64,000 nt of DNA from Longimicrobiales bacterium (GCA_965219445.1 CBDCNQ010000002.1:736001-800000), one strand, 5' to 3'; counted from the stretch's first letter, positions 30,248 through 40,519 are shown. Notes: generated by a model from the sequence alone, not told the origin. A program made the numbers and translations.

Positions 30248-30787
30248 ATGAGGACTCGTTTGCTTTCAGTCTCGGTTTTGGCACTGCAACAGCCGGCAGC
30301 GGGCACCACAGCGACGTCCATTCAGGTCGCGGCGGAAATCTCCACAGTGGTAATCGCCATGGTGTCGATACTCCTCCTGATGGTCGCGCTCGCGCTGGCC
30401 TGGCATCTCAAGAAGCTCGTCCGGTCATTGCAGAACCACATCCAGCCGGTGGCGGAGCGCGCGCGCGTTGCAGCCGAGAACGTGGAGTACATCTCGGCCG
30501 TGGTACGGGACGACGTGCAGAGAGTGCGGGCGTCGGTTTCCGGCTTATCCGATCGTCTCCAAGAGGCCTCAGAGCGAATGGAGGAACGCGTCGAGGAGTT
30601 CAACACACTCATGGACGTGGTCCAGGACGAGACCGAAGCGGTTCTTCTCGATACCGCTGCCGTCGTACGGGGCGTTCGGGCCGGAGCGCGGACCATGGGT
30701 GAGGGTGTGGCCGACGTCGAGGACGACTCGGGGGCCGAGGAAGAGATGGGTGAGGTGATGGTCCGAGAAGCGCCCGAAGGAGCATGA
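30248..30787 (+). CDS. DUF948/YtxG-like membrane-anchored coiled-coil protein
   Basis: One N-terminal TM then a long amphipathic helix; stop overlaps the next ATG. Confidence 0.7.
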   Translation: MRTRLLSVSVLALQQPAAGTTATSIQVAAEISTVVIAMVSILLLMVALALAWHLKKLVRSLQNHIQPVAERARVAAENVEYISAVVRDDVQRVRASVSGLSDRLQEASERMEERVEEFNTLMDVVQDETEAVLLDTAAVVRGVRAGARTMGEGVADVEDDSGAEEEMGEVMVREAPEGA

Positions 30788-31734
30788 AGAGCGCCGCTGC
30801 CCTCTGGGTAGCTCTGGCGTGGGTTCTCCTACAGCCCGAGCCGCTTTGGGCGTGGGGCCCGGGGACGCATATCGCCCTGGGCGAGGGTGTGCTGGCTTCG
30901 CTTTACCTGCTCCCCCCGGCCATCCGTGCGATTATCGGGTCCCATCCACTTCACTTTCTCTACGGCTCGATCGCGGCGGACATCTCCTTCGCCAAGAAGT
31001 ATGTGCCCGAAGGCAGACACTGCCATCACTGGCACGTCGGAGAGGAGATCCTGGCCGCCGCCGACCGCCCGAGACTCGGCGCGGTCGGCTACGGATATCT
31101 CGCTCATCTGGCGGCGGACACGGTGGCCCACAACCTCTTCATCCCACGCCAACTCCTGACTACGAGCACGACCCAAGCACTTGGACATACGTACTGGGAA
31201 CACCGTATGGACATCCATGTGGGCGAGGATTATCTGACCAAGGCCAGGCACCTCGTCACGGAAAACGATCACTCGGAGGCCGACGCACTCTTCGATCAGG
31301 TGTTGAGCAACACGATCTTCAGCTTCCGAACGAATCAGCGAATTTTTCGGGGGATGATTCAGTCCGGCGACAACGACCGTTGGAGACAGGTCTTCGACCG
31401 GGTGCTCGAAAGGTCTCGGTTCGATCTGCCTCCCCAGGTCGTTTCAGCCTACTACGCGCTCTCGTTCGAGTACGTCATCGACTACTTGGTCGCGGGAGCC
31501 GACTCCCAAGCCGCCAATCTCGATCCAATCGGGGAGTTGAATCTGAAGCTCGCGAAGAAAGTGCGGCGCCTCGCTCTAGCCGGGGGCGGTGCGGCGGACG
31601 CGGCCCAGCTTCATGCGAGCGCCGACGAGTTTTTTCCCCTCCCCGAGGGCGACCTCGTCTTCTGGCCTCGCAGCGAGCGACCCGAGAGTCCTATTCGTCC
31701 AAGCGAGCTCGAAGCAACGCCGACAGCGCCTTAG
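30784..31734 (+). CDS. Zinc-dependent phospholipase C/P1-nuclease-fold protein
   Basis: Signal peptide ending LWA then WGPGTH; GSIAAD, GYLAHLAADTVAH, HTYWE metal-ligand pattern. Confidence 0.85.
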   Translation: MKSAAALWVALAWVLLQPEPLWAWGPGTHIALGEGVLASLYLLPPAIRAIIGSHPLHFLYGSIAADISFAKKYVPEGRHCHHWHVGEEILAAADRPRLGAVGYGYLAHLAADTVAHNLFIPRQLLTTSTTQALGHTYWEHRMDIHVGEDYLTKARHLVTENDHSEADALFDQVLSNTIFSFRTNQRIFRGMIQSGDNDRWRQVFDRVLERSRFDLPPQVVSAYYALSFEYVIDYLVAGADSQAANLDPIGELNLKLAKKVRRLALAGGGAADAAQLHASADEFFPLPEGDLVFWPRSERPESPIRPSELEATPTAP

Positions 31735-33121
31735 GATCGGCCCGACCCTGGGATTTTTGCATGGTCTGGCCAATGAAGTAACCGATGAGCCGCGTTTCTC
31801 CGGATCGGTACCGCTCGACCTCCTCGGAGTTTTCTTCGATCACGGCGTCCACCCATGCGTTGAGTTCGTCGGAGTCCTGGACCTGCGATAGCCCCTCCGT
31901 CTCGATGATCTCCCGTGCGGTCTTACCCGAATCGACCATCTGACCGAGCACCTTCCGGCCCATCGTGCCCGAGACCGTGCCGTCCTCGACCAGCCCGATC
32001 AGCTCGGCTAAGCCGGCCGGGGTTATCCCCAGGTCGTCCACCGACCGCTGAACGCGATTGGCCTCCTTGAGGAGGGGGCCCTTCACCCAATTGGCGGCAG
32101 CCTTGGCCTCGACCACAACCGCCACCAGAGCCTCGAAATAATCAGCCAGTGAACGGGAAGCGATGAGTACCTCCACGTCGCGGCTATCGAGATCGTGTTC
32201 CGCCATGAGCCGGGTACGCCGCTCGGCGGGCAGCTCGGGCAGCTCGGCCTCCAACCGGCTGATCCGTTCAGCGTCGAGCCGGAGCGGTGGAAGGTCGGGG
32301 TCTGGGAAATAGCGATAGTCGTGGCTCTCTTCCTTGGACCGCATCGACCGAAGGGTGCCGTCTCGTTCATCCCAGAGGAGTGTCTCCTGGACGAGCTCGC
32401 CACCTGCCTCGAGGATCGCGGTCTGCCGTTTGGCTTCGGCCACGACGGAACGCTCTACTGCGGAAAAGGAGTTGAGGTTCTTGACCTCCGTCTTCACACC
32501 GTACGCCTCGGCACTCTCGGGCCGGAGCGACACGTTCGCGTCTACCCGGAGACTCCCCTCCTCCATGTTGCAGTCGCTGACGTCCAGGTATTCGAGTGTG
32601 CGCTTTAGCTCCTGCAGGAAGGTCCTCGCCTGAGTCGGGGAACGTAGGTCCGGCTCGGTAACGATCTCGATCAGCGGCACACCCGTCCGGTTGAGGTCCA
32701 CCGCGGTTCCGCCGGAAAGGCGATCGTGAATCGACTTCCCCGCGTCCTCCTCCATATGAATGCGGCGGATTCGGATGGGGTGGGCCGCCGCGTCGGAATC
32801 CACCAGAACAATTCCCTCGGTCGCCAGCGGCTCGGAGAACTGCGTTATCTGATACCCCTTCGGAAGATCGGGATAGAAATAGCTCTTCCGCGCGAAGACG
32901 CTCACCTCGTGCACCTGACAATCCAGACCGAGTGCCGCGACGATCGCTAGATCGACGGCCTCGCCATTGAGCACTGGGAGGGCCCCCGGAAGACCCAGAC
33001 AGACCGGGCACACCTGGCTGTTGGGAGGAGCACCGAAGACCGTAGCATCGGAACAGAAAAGTTTTTCCGCCGTGCGGAGCTGCACGTGTACCTCGAGGCC
33101 GATCACCATCTCCCAGCTCAT
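31691..33121 (-). CDS. gatB: Asp/Glu-tRNA amidotransferase subunit B
   Basis: IGLEVHVQL, YFYPDLPKGYQI, HMEEDAGK, EVKNLNSF, RSKEE.HDYRYFP; alternative ATG 33145. Confidence 0.98.
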   Translation of the reverse strand: MSWEMVIGLEVHVQLRTAEKLFCSDATVFGAPPNSQVCPVCLGLPGALPVLNGEAVDLAIVAALGLDCQVHEVSVFARKSYFYPDLPKGYQITQFSEPLATEGIVLVDSDAAAHPIRIRRIHMEEDAGKSIHDRLSGGTAVDLNRTGVPLIEIVTEPDLRSPTQARTFLQELKRTLEYLDVSDCNMEEGSLRVDANVSLRPESAEAYGVKTEVKNLNSFSAVERSVVAEAKRQTAILEAGGELVQETLLWDERDGTLRSMRSKEESHDYRYFPDPDLPPLRLDAERISRLEAELPELPAERRTRLMAEHDLDSRDVEVLIASRSLADYFEALVAVVVEAKAAANWVKGPLLKEANRVQRSVDDLGITPAGLAELIGLVEDGTVSGTMGRKVLGQMVDSGKTAREIIETEGLSQVQDSDELNAWVDAVIEENSEEVERYRSGETRLIGYFIGQTMQKSQGRADPKALSALLRARLDE

Positions 33122-33151
33122 TCGGCCTCCCCCGTCGAGCGCCATCCCGGC

Positions 33152-34582
33152 TCAATCATCGGAATCTCCGCCCGCCAGAGCCGCTTCCAGAGCGAAGGCC
33201 GCGCGAAATAGCGTCGCCTCGCCCCACAGGGGGGCGATCAATTGGCCACCCACCGGAAGTCCATCCGAGGAGCCGATTGGAACCGAGATCGCCGGGAGTC
33301 CGGCGAGGTTGGCCGTAACGGTGAATACATCGGCCAGGTACATCTGGAGGGGATCCTGGACCCGTTCGCCCAACGGAAAGGCAACGGTCGGTGACGTGGG
33401 TGTGAAAAGGACGTCGACACCGCCGCCGAACACGGTCTCGAAGTCGCGAGACACCAAGCCCCGCACGCTTTGAGCACGCCCGTAGTATTGATCGTGGTAG
33501 CCCGCCGTCAGGGCAAAGGTACCCAGAAGAATCCGGCGCTTGACCTCCCGGCCGAAACCCGCTGTGCGCGTCCGCTCATACATCTCACCCAGATTTTCCC
33601 CTGCGATGTCCCGCACGCCATACCTCACACCGTCGAAACGGGCGAGGTTGCTGGACGCCTCGGCGGTTGCGATCACGTAGTACGCCGACAAGGCATACGC
33701 GGTGTGAGGCAGAGAAACCTCACGGATTTGGGCGCCGTTCGCCTCCAGTGCGGCGAGCGCCGCCTGGCAGCGCGTGTCTACGCCGGGATCCAACGCGTCA
33801 CCGAAGTACTCCGCCGGTGCTCCCACGACGAGGCCCTGGGCGCCCGCGTCGCGCCCCTCCGAGAAGTCCGGCACGGGCCGATCGACCGACGTTGAATCCC
33901 GGGGATCGTGACCCGCTACGACCTGGAGGAGCTCGGCCGCGTCTGCCACGGTGCCTCCAAACATCCCGACCTGATCCAGAGAAGACGCGAAGGCTACCAG
34001 CCCGTAGCGACTCACCCGACCGTACGTGGGCTTGAGCCCGACCACGCCGCAGAAGGAGGCTGGCTGGCGAACCGACCCTCCGGTATCGGACCCGAGAGCC
34101 CCCGGAACGATGCCCGCAGCGACCGCAGCGGCGGATCCACCGGAGCTTCCGCCCGGTACCCGGGCGGGATCATGCGGATTGCGAACGGGCCCGTACGCTG
34201 AGTTCTCCGTCGAAGAACCCATGGCAAACTCGTCGAGGTTGGTCTTCCCTACGATTACGGACCCCTCCTCCCGGAGTCGCCGCACCACGGTCGCCTCGTA
34301 CGGGGGACGATAACCCTCCAGGATCTTCGACCCACACGTGGTGGGAAACTCCAGGGTAGCCAAGTTGTCTTTCACGGCAATCGGGACACCAGAGATCCGC
34401 CCACCCTCCCTTGGGACCTCCAGCGACGAAGCCTCGACATCCGACAGTGCTGCGAGAAAGGCGTTCAGCCCCCGCGACCCTCCGTTCTGCTCAGTGAGCC
34501 GGGCAACGGCCGTCTTGGCCGGTTCCGCCGCGTCCACCCGTCCCTCCCGGACCGCCTCGGCTATGGAGGCGATGTCACTCAT
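33152..34582 (-). CDS. gatA: Asp/Glu-tRNA amidotransferase subunit A
   Basis: VKDN, GKTNLDEFAMGSSTENS, PGGSSGGS, GSDTGGSVRQPA, FG.EVKRRI. Confidence 0.98.
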   Translation of the reverse strand: MSDIASIAEAVREGRVDAAEPAKTAVARLTEQNGGSRGLNAFLAALSDVEASSLEVPREGGRISGVPIAVKDNLATLEFPTTCGSKILEGYRPPYEATVVRRLREEGSVIVGKTNLDEFAMGSSTENSAYGPVRNPHDPARVPGGSSGGSAAAVAAGIVPGALGSDTGGSVRQPASFCGVVGLKPTYGRVSRYGLVAFASSLDQVGMFGGTVADAAELLQVVAGHDPRDSTSVDRPVPDFSEGRDAGAQGLVVGAPAEYFGDALDPGVDTRCQAALAALEANGAQIREVSLPHTAYALSAYYVIATAEASSNLARFDGVRYGVRDIAGENLGEMYERTRTAGFGREVKRRILLGTFALTAGYHDQYYGRAQSVRGLVSRDFETVFGGGVDVLFTPTSPTVAFPLGERVQDPLQMYLADVFTVTANLAGLPAISVPIGSSDGLPVGGQLIAPLWGEATLFRAAFALEAALAGGDSDD

Positions 34583-34899
34583 GGAGAGTCCCCCGGATCG
34601 TCCGGCCCGCCAAGCGACGGAGGAGAGGGCACCACGAAGAACTCCTCCCTGAAATCGGGAGCCGAATCAGCGGGAGGGTGAGCCATCGGGTCGGGGAGGA
34701 TTTGGCCGGGCTCTCGCTCCGGAGCTTTCGAGGGGCCCAGCCCGAGTCGCTCTCCTTCGGGCACCCGTAGGGAGGCGAGCAGATCAAAGTATTCCAGAAT
34801 CTGGTTCAAATCCTGGGACAGGTCCTCGGACTCAGCGTCTGTGAGTCGGAGTCGGGCCAGAGTCGCAATCTGGAGGACCTCTTCGCGGCTGATCGACAA
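34579..34899 (-). CDS. gatC: Asp/Glu-tRNA amidotransferase subunit C
   Basis: ISREEV.QIA.LARL, IL.Y, AP......F.VP; directly upstream of gatA; TTG start. Confidence 0.9.
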   Translation of the reverse strand: MSISREEVLQIATLARLRLTDAESEDLSQDLNQILEYFDLLASLRVPEGERLGLGPSKAPEREPGQILPDPMAHPPADSAPDFREEFFVVPSPPSLGGPDDPGDSP

Positions 34900-34913
34900 T
34901 CTGGTCGCTCCCC

Positions 34914-37190
34914 TCAGTCGAAGTCGCGGCGAAGGCGGGCGTGCCGGACCAGAAGCAGCTTCGTGCCGACGCTTTCGAAGTGGACCGTGACCTTCAGATC
35001 CCTGCCAAAGCCCGTGACCTCGCCAACGGTCCCCGAACCGAAAGTTTCATGCACGACCGCCTCACCCTTCACGAAGCGTGGCAGATCCTGGTTGATTCCA
35101 GCATCGAAGGCCAGATCGTCGTTACTCAGACCGAGGTCGATCGACCCGCCCGTGTCCGGGCGAACGGCCCGGCGGCTCCCATACTCACCGCCTTCGCTCA
35201 CGACCGGGGTAGCGGTCTTCTCCACGAGGCTCACCGGGATCGCGTCGACGAACGGCGAGAGTCGGCCATACATCACGTCACCAGCGCGACGGCGGCGGCG
35301 GGCATGGGTCAGGTGGAGTCTGTCCTGGGCGCGGGTAATTCCGACGTAGAAGAGGCGCCGCTCTTCCTCGAGTTCAGACGGATTGTCGTAGGCACGGGCG
35401 AGGGGAAAGAGCCCGTCTTCGAGTCCTGAGATGAACACGACAGGAAACTCGAGGCCTTTCGCATTGTGGAGGGTCATCAATGTGACTGCGTCCGCATCCG
35501 GATCGTGGCGATCCACGTCAGCCACCAGCGCCACCTGTTGAAGGAATAGATCCAATTCCGTGAAGTGATCCAACGTCTCGCCACCGAGTTCTTCCAGAAG
35601 CTCTGCGTTGTAGTCCAGCGCACCGGCAATCAACTCGCGAACGTTGTCCGCCCGATCCTCTCCCTCCGGGCCTTCGTCCGCAAGGTGACGGAAGACGTCC
35701 AGTTCCTCCACGAGGTTCTCTAACAACTCCCCAACCCGCATCTGGGATGCCGAGGCGGAGTGCCTCTGGACCAGCGCGGCGAACGCGTTGAGACCCCGTG
35801 CGCCTCCCGTCGGAACGTCGGGCGCCTCATCGGCCCGACCGGCCGCCTCGAGAAGGCTGATCCCTTCAAGCCTGGCCCAAACCGAGAGCCGCTCCAGCGT
35901 CGTATTTCCGACCCCACGTCTCGGGTAGTTGACGACCCTCTCGAAGGCACCTGCATCCAACGGGTTCGAGATGAGCCTCAGGTACGCCAGAACGTCCTGG
36001 ATCTCCCGGCGCTCATAGAATCGCACTCCCCCTACGATCTGGTAGGGCAGACCGCGTCGCCGAAAGACGTCCTCCAGGGCACGCGACTGTGCGTTCGTTC
36101 GATAGAGGATCGACATCTCTCGATACGGGCGTCCCTGCCCCTCAGACACGCAGGCCTCGATCTTGTCGGCGATCCAGCGGGCTTCGTCCGTCTCACCGGA
36201 GGTAGTGACGAGCGTAATCCGCTCGCCGCCCATCCGATCGGTGCGAAGCGTCTTACCCTTCCGGTCCACGTTTTCTGCGATGACGGCGTTCGCGGCAGAG
36301 AGGATCACCTCGGTGGAACGGTAGTTCTGCTCCAACCGGACCGTGTGGGCACCCGAGAAGGCCGTCTCGAAATCGAGGATGTTTCTGATGTCTGCGCCGC
36401 GCCATCCATAGATGCTCTGGTCGTCATCCCCGACCACCATGAGGTTCCGGTGCTCCGACGCCAGAAGCTCCACGAAACGAAATTGGGCTCGATTCGTATC
36501 CTGGTACTCGTCCACCAAAAGGAATTGGAAGCGGTTTCGATAATCCTCAAGCAACTTGGTGTTGGATTCGAACAACTCTACCGGCTTCACCAGAAGATCA
36601 TCGAAGTCGAAAGCGTTCTGCGCTCGAAGCGACTTCTGGTAGGCCGGGTAGACCTTGGCCACATTTCGGGCGAAGATGTCTAACCCCTCGGCGTTTTCCT
36701 CGGCGAACTGCTGTGGGCCGATGAGCTGATTTTTGGCACTGCCGAGATGCCCCCGAATCGCCTTGGGGCTCCACCGTCGAGTGTCCAGCCCCACGTCTTC
36801 GGTGGTCCTCTTGATAAGCCTGAGGCTCTGCTCCGCATCGAAGATCGTAAACGTGTTACCCCACCCGAGTAGCGGTGCATGGCGCCGCAGTATCCGGGCT
36901 CCGAGGGCGTGGAAAGTGCCGGTCCACATCCCCTTCGGCGCTTCCCCCAGCAAGCCGCAAATCCGGTCTCGAAGCTCTTCTGCGGCCTTGTTCGTGAACG
37001 TAACGGCCAGGATTCGATCCGGTGGGACGCCTCGTTCATGAATGAGGTGAGCAATCCGGGTAGTGAGGACCCGTGTTTTTCCCGACCCCGCCCCCGCCAG
37101 GACCAGCAGCGGACCCTCGAAGTGGTCCACGGCTTCTCGCTGTTCCTGGTTCAGCTGCTCCAGGTAGACATGGGACGAGGCGTTGGGCAT
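34914..37190 (-). CDS. pcrA: UvrD/PcrA-family DNA helicase
   Basis: AGAGSGKT, TFTNKAA, DEYQDTN, LEQNYRS, TLHNAKGLEF, EERRLFYVGITRA; Tudor-like C-terminus. Confidence 0.95.
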   Translation of the reverse strand: MPNASSHVYLEQLNQEQREAVDHFEGPLLVLAGAGSGKTRVLTTRIAHLIHERGVPPDRILAVTFTNKAAEELRDRICGLLGEAPKGMWTGTFHALGARILRRHAPLLGWGNTFTIFDAEQSLRLIKRTTEDVGLDTRRWSPKAIRGHLGSAKNQLIGPQQFAEENAEGLDIFARNVAKVYPAYQKSLRAQNAFDFDDLLVKPVELFESNTKLLEDYRNRFQFLLVDEYQDTNRAQFRFVELLASEHRNLMVVGDDDQSIYGWRGADIRNILDFETAFSGAHTVRLEQNYRSTEVILSAANAVIAENVDRKGKTLRTDRMGGERITLVTTSGETDEARWIADKIEACVSEGQGRPYREMSILYRTNAQSRALEDVFRRRGLPYQIVGGVRFYERREIQDVLAYLRLISNPLDAGAFERVVNYPRRGVGNTTLERLSVWARLEGISLLEAAGRADEAPDVPTGGARGLNAFAALVQRHSASASQMRVGELLENLVEELDVFRHLADEGPEGEDRADNVRELIAGALDYNAELLEELGGETLDHFTELDLFLQQVALVADVDRHDPDADAVTLMTLHNAKGLEFPVVFISGLEDGLFPLARAYDNPSELEEERRLFYVGITRAQDRLHLTHARRRRRAGDVMYGRLSPFVDAIPVSLVEKTATPVVSEGGEYGSRRAVRPDTGGSIDLGLSNDDLAFDAGINQDLPRFVKGEAVVHETFGSGTVGEVTGFGRDLKVTVHFESVGTKLLLVRHARLRRDFD

Positions 37191-37207
37191 GACCGGCCGT
37201 TATCTGG

Positions 37208-38431
37208 TCAGGCCTGCGCCGTCGGGAGCCGGATTTCGAAAACGGCTCCCTCTCCCTCGCTGTTCAGGAGGAAGATCTGTCCCTTGTGCGTCACTTCAAT
37301 GATGCGGCGTGACAACGTGAGACCCACCCCCCAGCCCCGGGCCTTTGCGCTCACCCCCGGCTCGAAGATCATGTCGCGCAACTCCGGACCCACGCCCGGC
37401 CCCGTGTCGTGGATGCGAAGGTGAAGCCACCCGGGCGGACCTCTCCTGGCCTCGACGCGGATCTCTCCCCCTCTCCCGGCCAACGCGTCCAGGGCGTTCT
37501 TCACCACGTTCTCGAGAGCCCACGAAAGCAGAACCTCACTGCCGAGAACTTCGGGCATGTCTTTGGGGACATCCACGACCAAGAGTACCTCCGATCCGAG
37601 TCGCGGGAGGCGGGCCTGCAGGTACTGCTCCAGATCTCTCACGACCTCCCGGATGTCGAGGGTTTCGAGGGCCGGGTCTAGACCGATGAGCTCGAACCGG
37701 TGGCTGATCCGTTCCAGACGCACCAGATCCTCTTCGATTCCGGCAGCGACCGCAACGCCTTCCAAGCGCTCGGGTCTCTCCTCTGCGGGAAGGCTCATCA
37801 GCTCCAGCCAGCCCTGCAGGGAAGAGATGGGCGTACCGAGCTGGTGCGCCAGCTCCCGGGCCATGGCAGTCCAAGCCTTGTCCTGCTCCGCCCTTCTCTG
37901 AGACCGGATGACCAGGAATCCGATGAGCGCCGTTAGTATGAGTCCACTAGCCTGAAGCCAAGGGATCCAACGGAGACCCGAAAGCTGAGGCGTGTCACCG
38001 AAGTAGATTACATCCCCCGCCTCCCCTCTCACCGGTTCGCGTCCAGTCGCGTCGAGCCGGCGTACGAAGGCCTTCACCAGTTCCTGCCCCTCGGTCGTGA
38101 AGATGTCCGCAGGGAACGGGAGGTTCTGCACCGATAGGACGCTGTCCGCCGGATTGACCCAAATCATCGGGATTCCCGACGCAATGATTACCTCTTGAAG
38201 TTCGAAGAGCCTGTTCTCGAATCCGCGCGCATCTCGAATGGGACTACCCGTGCCCGACGTTTCCGAACCGCCAGTGTCCTGAATAAGCTCCTGAGCGATG
38301 CTGAACACCTCGCTCGTCAGTTCCTGGCTTTCGTTGAGTCCGACGACGAGCGACTGCGTGTAGAGGAGATACCACCCGAAAAGGACCAGAAAGAGCGTGG
38401 CTAGTGCGACGGGCCACCTGATACGGATCAT
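37208..38431 (-). CDS. Membrane sensor histidine kinase
   Basis: Two TMs, ELAHQLGTPISSL (H box), ENVVKNALDA, DTGPG, GWGVGL. Confidence 0.93.
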   Translation of the reverse strand: MIRIRWPVALATLFLVLFGWYLLYTQSLVVGLNESQELTSEVFSIAQELIQDTGGSETSGTGSPIRDARGFENRLFELQEVIIASGIPMIWVNPADSVLSVQNLPFPADIFTTEGQELVKAFVRRLDATGREPVRGEAGDVIYFGDTPQLSGLRWIPWLQASGLILTALIGFLVIRSQRRAEQDKAWTAMARELAHQLGTPISSLQGWLELMSLPAEERPERLEGVAVAAGIEEDLVRLERISHRFELIGLDPALETLDIREVVRDLEQYLQARLPRLGSEVLLVVDVPKDMPEVLGSEVLLSWALENVVKNALDALAGRGGEIRVEARRGPPGWLHLRIHDTGPGVGPELRDMIFEPGVSAKARGWGVGLTLSRRIIEVTHKGQIFLLNSEGEGAVFEIRLPTAQA

Positions 38432-38453
38432 GGCGTCACCGCTTTCATGCTAC

Positions 38454-39770
38454 TCAGCGATCGAGCACCTTCGGCCCGATGACCGCAAGGTCGAGCCGCT
38501 TCTGCAGCGGTTCAGGCACGAGGACTGTGCCGTCGGCCTGTTGGTAGCTCTCGATCAAAGCCACTATGAGCCGTGGAAGGGCAAGAGCCGATCCGTTGAG
38601 GGTGTGCAAGAAGCGTGGCTTTTCGGCACCCGAGGGACGGTAACGGAGGTTGGCCCTCCGCGCCTGGAAGTCGCCGAACGTGCTACAGCTCGAGACCTCG
38701 AGCCACTGCCCGACTCCCGGCGCCCAAACTTCGAGGTCGTAGGTCATCTCAGCCGAGAACCCAAGGTCACCGCTCGCGAGTTTCAAAACGCGGTAGTGCA
38801 AACCCAATTGATCGAGAATGCTCTCCGCCTCACCCGTGAGTTCCTCCAAGGCGTCTCTACTGCGCTCCGGGGTTTCGTAACGCACGAGTTCAACCTTATC
38901 GAACTGATGCACCCGAAGTAGCCCTCGAGTGTCGGCGCCGGCCGCGCCGGCTTCACGACGGAAGCAGGGGCTGTACGCCGCGTAGCGGATCGGCAGATCC
39001 TTGACCGACAGAAGCTCGTCCCGATGGAGGTTGGTGATCGGCACTTCCGCGGTCGGAATCAGCCAAAGATCGTCGCGTTCGCTCTGGTACGACTCATCGG
39101 CAAATTTGGGAAGCTGGCCTGTCCCCGACAGCGTATCTCGCGTCACCAGATACGGGACCCGCAACTCGGTGTATCCGTGCCACCCCTTTTCCTCGCGGAA
39201 GCCTTGCGTGTGAAAATCGAGCATGAAGTCGATGAGACATCGCTGGAGTCGGGCACCCGAGCCCGTGAGTACCGGGAAGCCCGAGCCAGAGATCTTCGAG
39301 CCCCGCTCGAGATCAAAGAGTCCGAGGCTCGAGCCCAAGTCCCAATGTGGCTTCGGCTCGAAGTCGAACTCCGGGGGCGAGCCGACCACCCGCACGATTT
39401 CGTTCTGATCGACACCTCCGGAGGGCACCTCATCGAGCGGGAGATTCGGGGTCAACAGCATCAATTCCCGGGTTCGCTCCTCGGCGTGGCCGACTTCTTC
39501 ATCGATCTCGGAAATCCGTGCGCCTACTTCCCGCATCTCGAGGATCATCTGGTCGGCCTCGCCACCACCATCGCGCTTGATCCGACCGACCTCCTTGGAC
39601 ACTTCGTTCCGCTGCGCCTTGAGGTCATTCACCTCGCTGAGTGCGGCTCGGCGGCGTTCGTCCAAGGCCAGCATCTCATCGAGGGCATCCACGAGGTCCT
39701 CCCCACCCCTCCGCGCGAGGGCGGACTTTACGATGTTGGGCTCGCTTCGGAGCCTCCGAATGTCAAGCAC
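38454..39770 (-). CDS. serS: Serine--tRNA ligase
   Basis: GTGQLPKF, PTAEVP, FRREAG, RVHQFDKVE, EVSSCS, HTLNGS. Confidence 0.99.
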   Translation of the reverse strand: MLDIRRLRSEPNIVKSALARRGGEDLVDALDEMLALDERRRAALSEVNDLKAQRNEVSKEVGRIKRDGGGEADQMILEMREVGARISEIDEEVGHAEERTRELMLLTPNLPLDEVPSGGVDQNEIVRVVGSPPEFDFEPKPHWDLGSSLGLFDLERGSKISGSGFPVLTGSGARLQRCLIDFMLDFHTQGFREEKGWHGYTELRVPYLVTRDTLSGTGQLPKFADESYQSERDDLWLIPTAEVPITNLHRDELLSVKDLPIRYAAYSPCFRREAGAAGADTRGLLRVHQFDKVELVRYETPERSRDALEELTGEAESILDQLGLHYRVLKLASGDLGFSAEMTYDLEVWAPGVGQWLEVSSCSTFGDFQARRANLRYRPSGAEKPRFLHTLNGSALALPRLIVALIESYQQADGTVLVPEPLQKRLDLAVIGPKVLDR

Positions 39771-39771
39771 G

Positions 39772-40359
39772 TCACTCGTCGGTGGGGATAAGCGCTCGAT
39801 CGTCGCAGAGCACGTTCACATCGTAAATGAATTGTACCGATCCTCGGGCGGGTTCGATCACTAACGGCTGGAATTTTCCATAGAAGACGCATGATAGCCC
39901 TAATCGATCTTGGCCCTTATGGGTCCTAACCACATAAAGAGTGCCGGTCTCGACGGGGAGAGGCATGTCCCTCGTGTACAGAGTGGTGTCTTTCGGCGCC
40001 TTGATGACGTCGTCGAAGGCCGTCTCCGGCATCGGTAAGACTAGGGTTGCAGTGGTGAGGCCCAGGGTCCCCGGCAGAAGAAAAACCAATTGGCCGTCCC
40101 TCGTATCGAGGAGCACGTCCCATGAAGAGGTCACCCCTGTCGACTTCAGCACGAACGGGAGCCGCGCCACGAAGTCGAACCCAGAGGGAAGATTGAGCTC
40201 GGGACGAGCCAGTGAGTAGATCTGGACCGTGTCGACATTCGCCAGAGTCCAGTTCTGCTCAAAGATGTTTCGGCCGCAACCGGTCAATCCGAAGGCTAAA
40301 GCGAAAAATAACACCGCCGCACGTAACGGCCCCGATCTGGATAGAAAAGGTTTGTTCAC
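39772..40359 (-). CDS. Lipoprotein, possibly HmuY-like
   Basis: Lipobox LTGC; WDVLL and YVVRT...YGKFQ...VQFIY motifs; ends 1 nt before the serS start. Confidence 0.7.
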   Translation of the reverse strand: MNKPFLSRSGPLRAAVLFFALAFGLTGCGRNIFEQNWTLANVDTVQIYSLARPELNLPSGFDFVARLPFVLKSTGVTSSWDVLLDTRDGQLVFLLPGTLGLTTATLVLPMPETAFDDVIKAPKDTTLYTRDMPLPVETGTLYVVRTHKGQDRLGLSCVFYGKFQPLVIEPARGSVQFIYDVNVLCDDRALIPTDE

Positions 40360-40402
40360 TGCGAAGAGTCAGGGGACGGTTGAGGGCTGCCCGAAGGCAC
40401 CA

Positions 40403-40432
40403 AGGCTATGCGAATCAAAGGGGCGCTGTCAA
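40403..40432 (-). promoter_or_regulatory. Promoter for lipoprotein-serS
   Basis: TTGACA-N18-TAGCCT on the minus strand. Confidence 0.55.
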
Positions 40433-40453
40433 CGCTCCAACCGCTGAAGTTCC

Positions 40454-40483
40454 TTGACTTCTACACCGTTTGCCGGGTAGGTT
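40454..40483 (+). promoter_or_regulatory. Promoter for receiver-manC operon
   Basis: TTGACT-N18-TAGGTT; divergent from the previous promoter. Confidence 0.55.
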
Positions 40484-40519
40484 CCCGCGCCGATACCGCT
40501 CCAAAAGGGGCCCAAGCCC

